From Gordius albopunctatus (lineage: Eukaryota): 64,000 nucleotides of DNA. The translations under genes and the position numbers were made by a program. The notes beneath the pieces are model-generated. The model made no database searches, was not told the DNA's origin, and saw only the letters and a list, made by a program, of their open reading frames with translations. How positions within the stretch are numbered: the first letter of the stretch is position 1; each line of letters starts with the position of its first letter. Shown piece by piece: positions 25,811 to 37,422 of this stretch. The DNA is taken from NCBI GenBank assembly GCA_964276515.1, contig OZ193910.1:3720001-3784000 (forward strand). Direction: 5' to 3'.

Positions 25811-26854
25811 TGCGCCTAAAACATACATATTGTCTTTTTTAATTTTAGCAAAGTCAAAAAACTTTGGGTGAATGGTATCCAAGTCAGAATATATTTCACT
25901 TTCAGAGGCGTTTAAACATAAGTTTAAAGTGGGGAAGAAAGCTTGTATTACTTCTAGTGCTTGGACTAGGTTTTCAGGGGTGCCAACAAAAGTGGCGTCA
26001 TCTAGATACCAGACATTAAGGGTGAGTTTACAATGTTTGTTAATTTCGTTAATTAGGTAATTTATAGCCAAGAAGAATAAAGGGGGTCCTAGGTGGTCGC
26101 CTTGTTGGATCCCTTCTGTGTATTCAAGGAAGATTTTTCCAAATTTCAAAATCGAAGGACATCCGTGACTTAAAATGATGTAGTTGGTGTATTGGGGAAA
26201 TAGCTTGATAAAACCATTAATGAAGGCAGTGTGGCGAATGCTATTGAAAGCATTTTTAAAATCCAGTTTTATAAAGGAGTCACCCAGAGGGAGGTGTTCA
26301 TGGCTAAGCGTGCGGCATGGGTAGCTATCTCGCACCCTCCTTTGACCCCGAAGTCTAGTTGATGTGGAATTAAAGTAGGGGTCAATATTGGTTTGATCGC
26401 CGATCAAATTAATTTAGAAATAATTCTTCGGAAGACACCGCCGATAGCGATAGGACTGGCTGAATTGTCGGCCTTCCTAGTAGCTAAAAGCTTAGCTCCA
26501 AAGACTATGAGCTTTATTTCTTTAGGTATACTCCTATTGACTAAAAGGTTACAAAATTTGGTGAGTAAGTCTAGTAAGATGGAAGAGTTATTATTATCAA
26601 TTGTTATAAGATCTTTTAAAAAAATTGGTTTTATGCCGTCGAGACCACCTGCAGAATCCATGGGAAAGGATAAGATGGCATCTCGAATGTATGATGACTT
26701 AAAAGCAATATCTGAAGGTTGCGAGGTCGATAGGTAAGTAGACGATAGACTCTGGGGATGTTTGAGAACCATTTCTTCCTATGATTTTTGTGAAGGACTC
26801 TAAAATGAATTGTCTTCTTCAAGGTATCTCATTGCGCTTTTGATGTTGAAGGAG
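25811..26854 (-). mobile_element. CRE-like RT fragment (frameshifted)
   Basis: SAGGLDGIKP, PIAIGGVFRR, KLDFKNAFNSI, GIQQGDHLGP, WYLDDAT, VLGA. Confidence 0.85.
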
Positions 26855-27044
26855 TGATGTAGGATATTGAAACACACATAATTTTTTGTTGTTGTACTGA
26901 CGGGAAAATTATCATAAAAATAAACTGGAAATATCATAGAATTATACTGGAGTATAATTGACAAAAAATTCATTAATAGAAATTAACATTAAAGATGATC
27001 TATCAAGGATAGAATATATTAGATTAATTTCGACATATGGCACA
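26855..27044 (-). repeat. Internally deleted solo LTR of the TGTGGCATATG family
   Basis: Minus strand runs TGTGCCATATG...CCTACATCA and matches both ends of 236-817. Confidence 0.6.
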
Positions 27045-27294
27045 CTTTCTAAAAGCGCGCGTTATATTTATTTAAGAAAATGGGAATGTTTTACGGTATT
27101 GAGTATCTTTATTTGTTACGGCTTTATATATTGTAGAAAAAAAGGACGTAGTTGAGTAAAAAATTGAGACAAAAAAGATAAAGCTATCGTGGAAAAGAGT
27201 TTAAGACAATAAGTAGCACCATAACGATAAATAAGTACAAAAAATGTAGTATAAATAATCCGCTAGATGGCGTTATAGACTATAAAAAAACATG

Positions 27295-27475
27295 GTTCCC
27301 GCTGTTGCAGGTTGATGAAAAGTATCTATAAATCATCTACAATGCTAAGGCAATAATCTGGCCAAATTTGGTGGCAATCGGTTGAGAACTCTAAAAGTTA
27401 TTAGCCTTCAAAAAAAAGGACTTAGATTTATATATAGACTAGCTGTGCCAGGCCAAGCGTTGCTTTGGCTTAGTC
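27295..27475 (-). mobile_element. Second Helitron head-to-tail junction
   Basis: CTAG at 27439-27442 with the same hairpin, TC start at 27438, homologous to 1-125. Confidence 0.65.
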
Positions 27476-28140
27476 CTTAATTAGCTAAATGGGTCAATCG
27501 TTTATGATATAAAAAATATAGGAAAAGGCATACTTATTCATAATTAAATAGAGTTGTAATAGTTTAAAATACTTATAAGGTATTTGGTATGTAAATAGCA
27601 AGGTTAAAATAAAGCATTAAGATTATTACTATTTAAGGTTACGTAATTTACTATTTAGCTTACATTATATTTTATTTATTTATTCCGAATACAATTTCAT
27701 GAGATCATCATATGTACAGTCCCAATATTTCCGCGCAGCGAAAAGGAAAACTTGATAGCTATTTGATGATGTAGGGAAACACGTGACCACAAAATGGAAC
27801 GACGCGTATGTATTACTACGCTTCTAACAAATCAATAAGAGAGAGAGAGATGAGGGGGGGGGGGGTGTGTGTGCGTGGGGAAAGACGTTATCCAACTACA
27901 ACATCATACCCTTCAAGATAACCTCCTCCGACCCGAGTGTTGACTTCCAAGCACGGTCGTCTAATTTGAGTTTTCTAAAGCATTAAGTTTTCACTTGTCT
28001 CTTGTTCGGGTGTACATATCGACTTGTACTGTTGAACGTCTCCAGGATCGTTTATCTGGTTCGGTCTTCCCATTGGTCTTCTCGATTTGATTTCATCGTT
28101 GACCGTAAAAATTAAGTCGCAGGTTGAGGAGAAAGTTCGG

Positions 28141-28794
28141 TAGGGTGCAACACATGTTGCATTATTTTATCTATTTTATCGATTTTTTTGCTTCTGATAA
28201 ATTATATAATATTCATTAAGTAGAACTCTTTCCCCTCTACAAAACTGTGCCAATCGTAATTTTAAGAAATTTAGTTTTTTATAACTTTCGCGACGTCAAA
28301 ATGGAGTATCCAAATGGTAAAAATCAACATTTTGACACCTGCTATTCTTCGCATTTCATCGTGGTCAAAACGCTGTTGAAACAGCCCGAGACATTTGTAA
28401 AGTATACGGAGAAGGTGTCATAGTTGAGTCTACAGCACAAAAATGGTTCGCAAAGTTCAAAAATGGCGATTTTGACATCGCTGACAAGCCCCGTAGCGGA
28501 AGACCCTCGGAATTCGACGAAGAGTGTCTCAGAGCACTTTTGAAGGAGGACGGTCGCCAAACGGAAATAAAAAAGTTCGATCAGAAAACCATCCTGAATC
28601 ATCTTCATTCGATGGGATTTGCCGAAAAATTGGGACCTTGGATCTCTCACGAGCTTAACGAAAGCCACAAAGAAAATCGCCTTCAAATTGCTTCTCAACA
28701 TTTCGACCGTCATCGAGCGACCCGCGGTCATAAACAGCGCTTTTTGTACCGAACGGTAACGGGAGATGAGAAATGGTGTTTGTACATATATTGA
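28141..28794 (+). mobile_element. Truncated mariner (Tc1/mariner) transposon
   Basis: TA + GGGTGCAACACATG.. left end. ATG at 28301. HTH region (ARDICKVYGEG, WFAKFKNGDFD..DKPRSGRP), WISHEL, VTGDEKWCLY. Frameshifted and 3'-truncated. Confidence 0.88.
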
Positions 28795-29699
28795 AAAGTG
28801 CAATCTTAACGATAATATGCATATTTGGGTAACAAAAATTTATAAACCACTGCACTGGTGTATAAAAGTTAGTTATAATGTTAGACAATATATAGAAAAT
28901 AGTTTAGTACAGCGTTTATAGTAGTGTAATGTCATAGCCTAAAATCTATAGTATCAAAATGAAGAGATATTAAAAGATCTCCTTCAAATTAGGTTAAATG
29001 AAGGCTTTTATAATATTTTGTTGGAATGAGAAATAATTAGAAATTATACAAATTTCCGCGAGTATAATGAAAGCGAAATATTTATGAATGAGGAAAAAAA
29101 ATTAGAAAGATAGTTATATCGTTATACCTAATAAAACATTGATCAGATGAAGGTGTTATAGGTGAGGTGAGGTATGATTATAATAAAAACCAGTATAAAG
29201 TAAAAAAATTGATATGATAAGTTTAGACCTGCAAGTGTATTTAAGTTTAAAAAGGGACCTTTGCTATATTTATAAGGGTAGCCAGCTTTGGAATTAGAGG
29301 AGGGCAATAATGATTTAGGCAGAAGTAAAATGATAATTTTTTAAAATGTTAACCATAATTTTAATAAATTAAAAAAAATTGATTTGGATGGGGGGCAGTC
29401 TCCCCTCCCTGCCTCCCTCTGGCTACACCCATCCGTATATTAATATTTTGATTGTACATATACGGTTTTAACTTTACCTGAGAGATGTTAAGATATGCCC
29501 GACCAGTCGGGCCAGGTTCGGGCCTGGCTTCGGACGGTCGAAAGAAAACTATGCTTAAATTACCTAAAAATAAATTTGAATAAGAATAAAACTGGGAGAT
29601 TGATATGGTTGGTAGGGAAGAAACATATTGGTATTCGTAGATAGGCTAAAATGAAGATATATACAGCTATACCTGTTATGGATTTATAAAATTTAAAAA

Positions 29700-30110
29700 T
29701 GCACATCTCCAGTCAAAATCGTGGCTTCTTCAACGTTTCACATCAAGCGTTTAACAGCGAGACGTAAACCATTGCAAAATTTTGGCTGACTGAAATTGCA
29801 CATCGCGATACTTGGTACGCCAATTTTCGAATGCAGAATGTGAGGTGGCATCCCTGCCAGATCATTTGAATTGAAAGATTCGATTGCATAATTTGCTTCA
29901 TCAATAACAACATCCGTGTCAACCGACTTGTAAGTAATTGGGTTGCCTTGAATGTTAGACAGAATGAGATTGTTAAGCTCGTGGACGTCATTATTCTTGG
30001 GGGCGAGAATAGCCCGTTGGCGGAGCCAAAGTCGATCATGATAATGGGCGTTATTATTTGGAAACACTTTATCAACCAAGCAGTTTAGATGGAGCAAAAT
30101 TGAAAAGGTT
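29700..30110 (-). mobile_element. Helitron PIF1-like helicase remnant
   Basis: KVFP...WLRQRAILAPKNNDV...YKSVD...GMPPHIL..KIGVP...PKFCNGLRLAVK, then ATILTG. Confidence 0.85.
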
Positions 30111-30740
30111 GGTAGGAAAAGATATCCGTCCTGAGCATATATCAACGTGCACTGTTCCCTTCCCAATTTATAGCAATTAATGGGAGAATATCTTACATGC
30201 AGGATAATTTTGAAATACTAAACGCATATTAGTAGATAGATTTAATGTTTTGACATAAGGCAACAAAATTTCACATATATTTTTTTGAACGGGGAATCGT
30301 GATTGATCTTATGGTTTTCTAGTATGCTTGTCACGGATAACGACTAACCGTTTGTAGGCATAGGATTTTTGTCAAACGGAGAAAATAAAGCATGTGTTGA
30401 CGTCGCCCTATCATCCAAGCTATAATGATCAGGACGGTACGTGGGTGTTGTTAAAAAGTGGTTAAGACTAGAAAAATCGGAGAGAATTGGTGTCTGGTTA
30501 ACTAAGTTGTTTTTCAACGCAACGCATGATGGTTTTGAACGGCCTCCTGTAGGAATGGAATTTTGTCGTAAAATAAAGTGTCCATTAGATTTAACTAACG
30601 AGAAAAATATTGCAGTTAGTTTCATATTCCTAAGATGTCAAATTAAACGTCCTGAGAATATGATTAAAAAAAGATTTGAAGGAAGGATAATCATCAGGAA
30701 TATAGTTGGATTTTAATATATTTGAAGATGGCCGGGCGGT

Positions 30741-31200
30741 GATATATGTGAATTACGATGTGGGGGGATAGGCCCGGGGAAAACCTTTTCCCAATAAGGA
30801 TATACTTAATTTTACTAAACCTTACATGGGAGGTTTTTTAGTTTATTAATTATAAAAACTAAGAAGAAAAATTATAATGATTGATATCAAAATTATCAAT
30901 CGATATCAAAATTATCAATACGATAACACGCATATATCACATTCACTGATGCGTGTTGATAGAAATAACAAACACGTATAAGTGCGTGGGGGGGATAACA
31001 AACGCGTACTGGAAATTAAATGTAAAGGAGTAGTGGTACAACATTATGATTGATATCCAAATCCTTACAAGAAATACAGATGTTGTACAGCGTGTAAGAT
31101 CAAAAGAATCTCGCAATCAACTAACGTACAATTAAATATACGTATACATAAATATGTATATACGACAGGGGGCATGGGGGAAAGAATATATACGGATACG
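30741..31200 (+). repeat. Dispersed direct repeat, second copy at 34273-34657
   Basis: Shared GGGGATAGG..CCGGGGAAAA..TTTTCCCAATAAGGATATACTT...GGGGAAAGAATATATA. The second copy is followed by palindrome TAGGATGCATCCTA and CTAG (34677-34680), a Helitron-like 3' end. Confidence 0.75.
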
Positions 31201-31363
31201 ACACCTTCCCTTTTTCAAACAATTATAGGGCCAGGGGTATTGATATATGTAGACAAACAAATAATCTATATAATTAAATTAAATGTTTTTTATAAAATCA
31301 TCTGTGGCTTACAATATTAAAACATATCATTCTAATAAAGGTTATACAAAATTAACCTCATGT

Positions 31364-32354
31364 ATTAATTGCTATGCAATTTATGGGCTCGTTTTTGGTT
31401 GTCCGTCCGTCCGTCCGTCCGTCCGTCCGTCTACCAAGTTATTTACACCAGCTTCCCGACCTGGAGGTTGCGGGTTCGAGACCCGGAGAGGACAAAATTT
31501 TTTTTTTTTTTAAATTAAATTAATATTTTTTTCTTGTTAATACCATTGATAATATGACTTTTTGACCGTCCGCAGGCTACTGACCAATGAAAAAATGACC
31601 ACTGGCCAGATAAATCGAAATTTTTAATTTTTCGTTTTTGAATAGTTTAACATTGATAATTACCCTATGCCCTCCCCTACAAGGGCCTATGGCTCTATTT
31701 ATATGGTTCCCTGTTCCCCTCCAAAGGCTTATGCCTCTATTTAATGTGGGTTTGAATCCCGGCGAACGTTCTAAATTGATGGTTCGAGACCCGGAGAGGA
31801 CAAAAATTTTTATTTTTTTTTAAATTAAATTAATATATTGTTCTTGTTAATACCATTGATAATATGAATTTTTGACCGTCCGCAGGCTACTGACCAATGA
31901 AAAAATGACCACTTGCCAGATAAATCGAAATTTTTAATTTTTCGTTTTTGAATAGTTTAACATTGATAATTACCTTATGCCCTCCCCTACAAGGGCCTAT
32001 GGCTCTATTTATATGGTTCCCTGTTCCCCTCCAAAGGCTTATGTCTCTATTTAATGTGGGTTCGAATCCCGGAGAGGGCAAAATTTTTATTTTTTTAATT
32101 AATTTAATATTTTGTTCTTGTTAATACCATTGATAATATGACTTTTTGACCGTCCGTGGCTACTGACCAATGAAAAAATGAACATTGGCCAAATAAATCC
32201 TAATTTTTCGTTTTTCCTTTTTGAATAAGTTAACATTGATAATTGAAAAAATTACCATTGCCCAAATAAATCAAAATTTTTTGTTCGTTTTTGAATAGGT
32301 TAACATTGATAATTACCCTATACTTTTTAATAATTGCTATGCAATTTATCTAGT
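31364..32354 (+). mobile_element. Non-autonomous Helentron/DINE-like element with internal ~305-bp tandem units
   Basis: Quasi-palindromic AATTGCTATGCAATT near both ends, (CCGT)n microsatellite at 31401-31430, CTAG-T at the right end. Partial inverted copy at about 47445-47793. Confidence 0.6.
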
Positions 32355-32369
32355 TTTTGGGTTAGAATC

Positions 32370-33510
32370 CCGGAGTTTTTTTTGACTCTTATGATTGTTC
32401 TTGTTACTATCAATGATAATAAGACTTTTTGGCCGTCCGCTGGCTGCTGACCAATGAAAAAAATGACCATTGGCCAAAATGTGTATCCGAGTTTATTTTT
32501 TCGTTTTTTTTGAATATTATGATTGTTCCTGTTCCTACCATTGCTATTATGACTTTTTGGCCGTCCGCTGGCTGCTGACCAATGGAATAAAATGACCATT
32601 GGCCAAAATGTGATTCGAAATTTTTTTTTTCTTTTTTTTTGACTGTTATGAATTTATATCCACTTTTACCGTGTCCTGGCTGCTGACCAATGGAAAAAAA
32701 TGACCATTGGCCAAAATGTGAATCGAAATTATTTTTTCCGTTTTTTTTTGACTATTATGATTGTTCCTGTTCCTACCATTGCTATTATGACTTTTTGGCC
32801 GTCCGCTGGCTGCTGACCAATGGAATAAAATGACCATTGGCCAAAATGTGATTCGAAAACTTTTTTTTCGTTTTTTTTTTACTGTTATGAATTTATATCC
32901 ACTTTTACCGTGTCCTGGCTGCTGACCAATGGAAAAAATGACCATTGGCCAAAATGTGTATCCGAGTTTATTTTTTCGTTTTTTTTGAATATTATGATTG
33001 TTCCTGTTCCTACCATTGCTATTATGACTTTTTGGCCGTCCGCTGGCTGCTGACCAATGGAATAAAATGACCATTGGCCAAAATGTGATTCGAAAATTTT
33101 TTTTTCGTTTTTTTTTGACTGTTATGAATTTATACCCACTTTTACCGTGTCCTGGCTGCTGACCAATGGAAAAAAATGACCATTGGCCAAAATGTGAATC
33201 GAAATTATTTTTTCCGTTTTTTTTGACTATTATGATTGTTCCTGTTCCTACCATTGCTATTATGACTTTTTGGCCGTCCGCTGGCTGCTGACCAATGGAA
33301 TAAAATAACCATTGGCCAAAATGTGATTCGAAAACTTTTTTTTCGTTTTTTTTTACTATTATGAATTTATATCCACTTTTACCGTGTCCTGGCTGCTGAC
33401 CAATGGAAAAAATGACCTTTGGCCAAAATGTGATTCGAAAATTTTTTTTTCGTTTTTTTTGACTATTATGATTGTTCCTGTTCCTACCATTGCTATTATG
33501 ACTTTTTGGT
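32370..33510. repeat. Higher-order tandem array (alternating ~125 and ~108 bp monomers, ~475 bp period)
   Basis: Core GGCTGCTGACCAATGGAA..AAATGACCATTGGCCAAAATGTG recurs about 9 times with recurring linker types. Confidence 0.9.
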
Positions 33511-35188
33511 AATACAACTCCCGTAGAATTTAACTAACCATAAAGCTTCCCCTTCGCTCCCTCTCTCCCCCTTTATGATATTTGGCATATACACTTATTT
33601 AGTGCTTCCAACCTTCGTTTTGCAATATTCACGTAAGTATTTCCGTAAATTGCATAGCAAATATGATACATTTATACGGAGTGTAGATGAGTTCCCCCTT
33701 CCTTCCCCTCCTCCCCTTCCCCCTTCCCTCCCCTTCCCCCTTCCCACGAGGGCCGAAGGCCCGAGTTTTATTATATATGACCAAAATTGAAGTCCAAATT
33801 TGCTTTTTCTTTTCTAAGCATTTTTTTCATTCAATCGTATTGCCATTTGTTATTGAATAATTCTGTTGTTGTCGTTCTGAAAATCTCTACGATCCATCTA
33901 AAATGAGGAATTCTCAGCACTTTAATATGCCTTTACCTCTATACATGAGGAACTAGTCTCATTATTTGAGAAACCTTTCCCTCATCGGAAAATTAAGGAG
34001 ACACCCGTTTCCTTAACAATTATGGATGTAGACTCACACCCGACCTGAATTTTCCAAGTACGATTCAGTCTTTCCTTAGGTTTTGACGCAATCAGGTTAT
34101 AATTTGTTTGTTATTCTTCTCCAGTGATAAGCTCAAGAATATGATTTGTTCTATTCAGCAGAAGTGGGGGGGCGAGAGATTTGTTCCGAATTATTTTTAA
34201 ACGATTTTGCCGAGATCAGGGGTGGGTTTTAATCTTCTGGACACCATTTTTCTATTTTTATTTTAAAAAAAGGTATATGTGACTTACGATGGGGGGGGGA
34301 TAGGGCCGGGGAAAACTTTTTCCCAATAAGGATATACTTAATTTTACTAAACCTTACATGGCAGGTTATTTTAGTTTATTAATTATAAAAACTAAGAAGA
34401 AAAATTATAATGATCGATATTAAAATTATCAATACGATAACACGCGTATTTCACATTAGAAATAACAAACACGTATAAGCGTGTGAGAGGGGGAATAACA
34501 CACGCTTGATATTAAAATCCTTACAGGAAATACAGATGTTGTACAGCGTGTAAGATCAAAAGAATCTTGCAATCAACTAACTTACAATTAAATATACGTG
34601 TACATCAGTATGTATATACGACAGGGGGCACGGGGGAAAGAATATATATGGATACAACATTTAGGATGCATCCTAGCTAGAAATATAATGTTGAACAATG
34701 GGTATGATGTAAAAATTACACAGGTATGCCTAAATAATTTTTATCGCGCGTAGTTGAGATAAGTCAAGGTTGTGAGGATGCTTCATAATAATAAAATATA
34801 AATTTGCCATTGCGGGCAGTTAATGTCTTATAAAATTAATATATTTTTATCATAGAGATAGACATCATTACGTCATGTTCTAAGGTGCTTATTTTTGTTG
34901 AACGCATTGCGGAACCGGTTACAACGGGCTCAGTTTTTTTAGCTTTTTTATCGGAGCCCATGAGCTGCCATATGAAGATAACTACCAGCCAAGTTTTTCT
35001 CCTGAACGACCGAGAGCTCAAGGAAAGAGGGAGAGAGACTACGATATAGTTAGCCATAGTGGTGGATGAAGATATAGGTGGGCTTTACGTACAAGGTGCT
35101 GAGTTTGTGGCCGGTGGCATCTACCTCTAATGTGTGCAACTGGGAGGAACACAGATCTGCAAAGGGTATGGCAGAGAGACCGGGAGAT

Positions 35189-36709
35189 TAGTGAGGTAAA
35201 AACCGGAAAAAATTTCGGTCTCGTCTCGCGAGAATTTTAATGTCGAGACGATACGAGATTTTTTCGGCGAGATCTCGACTTTTTACTGACTGTTAGATTT
35301 TAATAAATTATTGTGTATTTAAATTTGCATGATTTACATGATTTACATTTAAGGTATTAAGTGTAAATCAATATGTATGTAAATTATTTGGTATTCAAAA
35401 AATTCCTAAGTTTAATAAATATTATATGTTTTTGCAAAAAATTTAGAATTTGTAAATCATTTACATAAATAGGGTTGACCGTTAGGGTATGTAAATAATT
35501 CTATAATATATTTATCACATAATAGTGTCCATTATTAAATATTACAAAATTTTAGGCTTAGAATGAGTTCTGATGTAATAGTAAATATTATTAAAGCATA
35601 TTAGAATTTAGCAGTTACTCATCCTGCAGGATTCGCTAATTATAAATAGATTGTTCAATCAGTTTAAATTATACAAGTTAAGCTTCGGTGGCTCGAGATT
35701 TTTGAGCACCCTCCTAACGATTTTAAAAGTACAATAGAGTATTTAATAACACCGTAATAGATTAAATCTTAAATCATTTGTTTTTGAGAAGTTTTTAGGC
35801 TTCAGCTAATAATATACCTCCCGAATTTTTGAACATATAAGACATTATGTGAATACATAGTTTTGTTATATGCATTACTTTTCACATTATAAGCTGGGTT
35901 GGCAGGTGCATTCAAATTTACTATAATTTATATACTTGTGCAATATAAAATAAATACAAGAACCTATACTGTATTCGATAAATAACTATTTTATGGCAAA
36001 GTTAGTTAGAATTGGAAGGTAATTATTTGGAACATAAATTTGATTATAATGATTTTTACCAAAAATTTAAATACGCGCACTTTAATTTAAAGTTTAAAAT
36101 TTAATTCTTAATCCTATAATAATGCTGCTTTTAAAATATAAATATTATCATTAAAAGTCATGCGCACTTTGTGGTTTACAACGCTATAGAAAACATGTAA
36201 TAAATAATATGGGGTATAATTTATGATGTTAATATCAATGGACTTAAACGTTTGCCAAGGTCTACTTTGAAGCTTTAACCAGGGTTAATAAAGGGTCACA
36301 ATTTGCTTAATTATGCAACTAAGTCAAGTATAAGCGAACTTATAATTTTTTAAGTGTATTTATTGTATAATTGACAGACACAGTGAATTTGATACAAATG
36401 TTTTAAATTTCTATACTTGAAATTTATTTATATTTTTTAGTATAAATTTTATATAGAAAATGCTATCTTTATGAATTAATTCATATATTTATATTGTCCA
36501 TGAGAATAAAAAGCTTGTGTATTAAAGTTTTTCAAAAATTATAAAAGTTTACCATTTTGATTTTTTAACACTTACTTAATATTTTTAATAAAACAGGAAA
36601 AATATTTCCCTAGATATTTTTTTTGAGTTGAGACGAGACGAAGAGTTTTGTCGAGACGAGACAAGACCGAGATTTTTCTAGACCGAGACGAGACAATATC
36701 GAAACACTA
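35189..36709. mobile_element. Non-autonomous hAT element, copy 1
   Basis: TAGTG...CACTA ends, GAGAC/GTCTC subterminal repeats, 8-bp TSD CGGGAGAT/CAGGAGAT. Confidence 0.85.
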
Positions 36710-37422
36710 CAGGAGATAATAATGTAGGAGTGCTTCCAGTTAAGTTAAAGAGTAGGTGATGTATTAGGAGATCGGTTGCCCACGGGAGGGTTTTATAAGT
36801 TTATTAAGACACCGCTCCTAATATCTCATATTTCGCGCGTCTCGGATTCAATGGTTCCCAATATTAACAATAACGCTGCCCTGAACAGCAACTGAGTTTC
36901 ACCACAGCCTGATGATTAGGACGTACTCTCGGGAGTCGTTATTGAAGACACCGAAGATATATTTTAAAAGTAGTAAGTGTCATTACATGGATTATACTTA
37001 AACCTAATACCTCCCTTTACTTATTCTCTCCACCACCTTTGGATTTTTATTGACGCATACTACTCAAATGGCATTAATTTATACGCGCGTTTATCTTTTA
37101 GTTACCGTACGCAAAAAATGCAAACGCGAGAAGCAAAATAATTAAAAAAATATGCATAATTTTATACGCATTCTGGAAATGTATATTATTGTAATGAAGA
37201 ATTAATTATTTGGAATTTCCGTAAGAACTAATCAAATTAAATACACTACAAGTGATTACCTTAGATTATAGTTTTAAATGTTTAATAGATCTTAAAGTGC
37301 AGGCAATCTGTAATCTAACTTTAGACCTACCTCGTTTATTCCAGCCCTTGTTTTTCCCACTCTATTTTAAATTTATTTTTTTGGTAGCCTGACCAGCTAG
37401 CTAAAATAGACATCTGATATTC

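Noticed and set aside
30344..30716. Possible Penelope-like RT remnant (RQNSIPTGG)
   Set aside because: There is only one weak motif and no YxDD, which is insufficient.
31445..31492. tRNA gene
   Set aside because: Only an anticodon-like stem and T-arm are present. There is no D-arm/A-box or acceptor stem.
32327..33254. ORFs of 90 and 202 aa with repeated peptides
   Set aside because: They are translations of the tandem array with homopolymer-driven frame changes.
32370..33510. CRISPR-like repeat/spacer appearance
   Set aside because: The linkers are not unique but recur as two or three types, are too long, and there are no cas genes. The context is eukaryotic.
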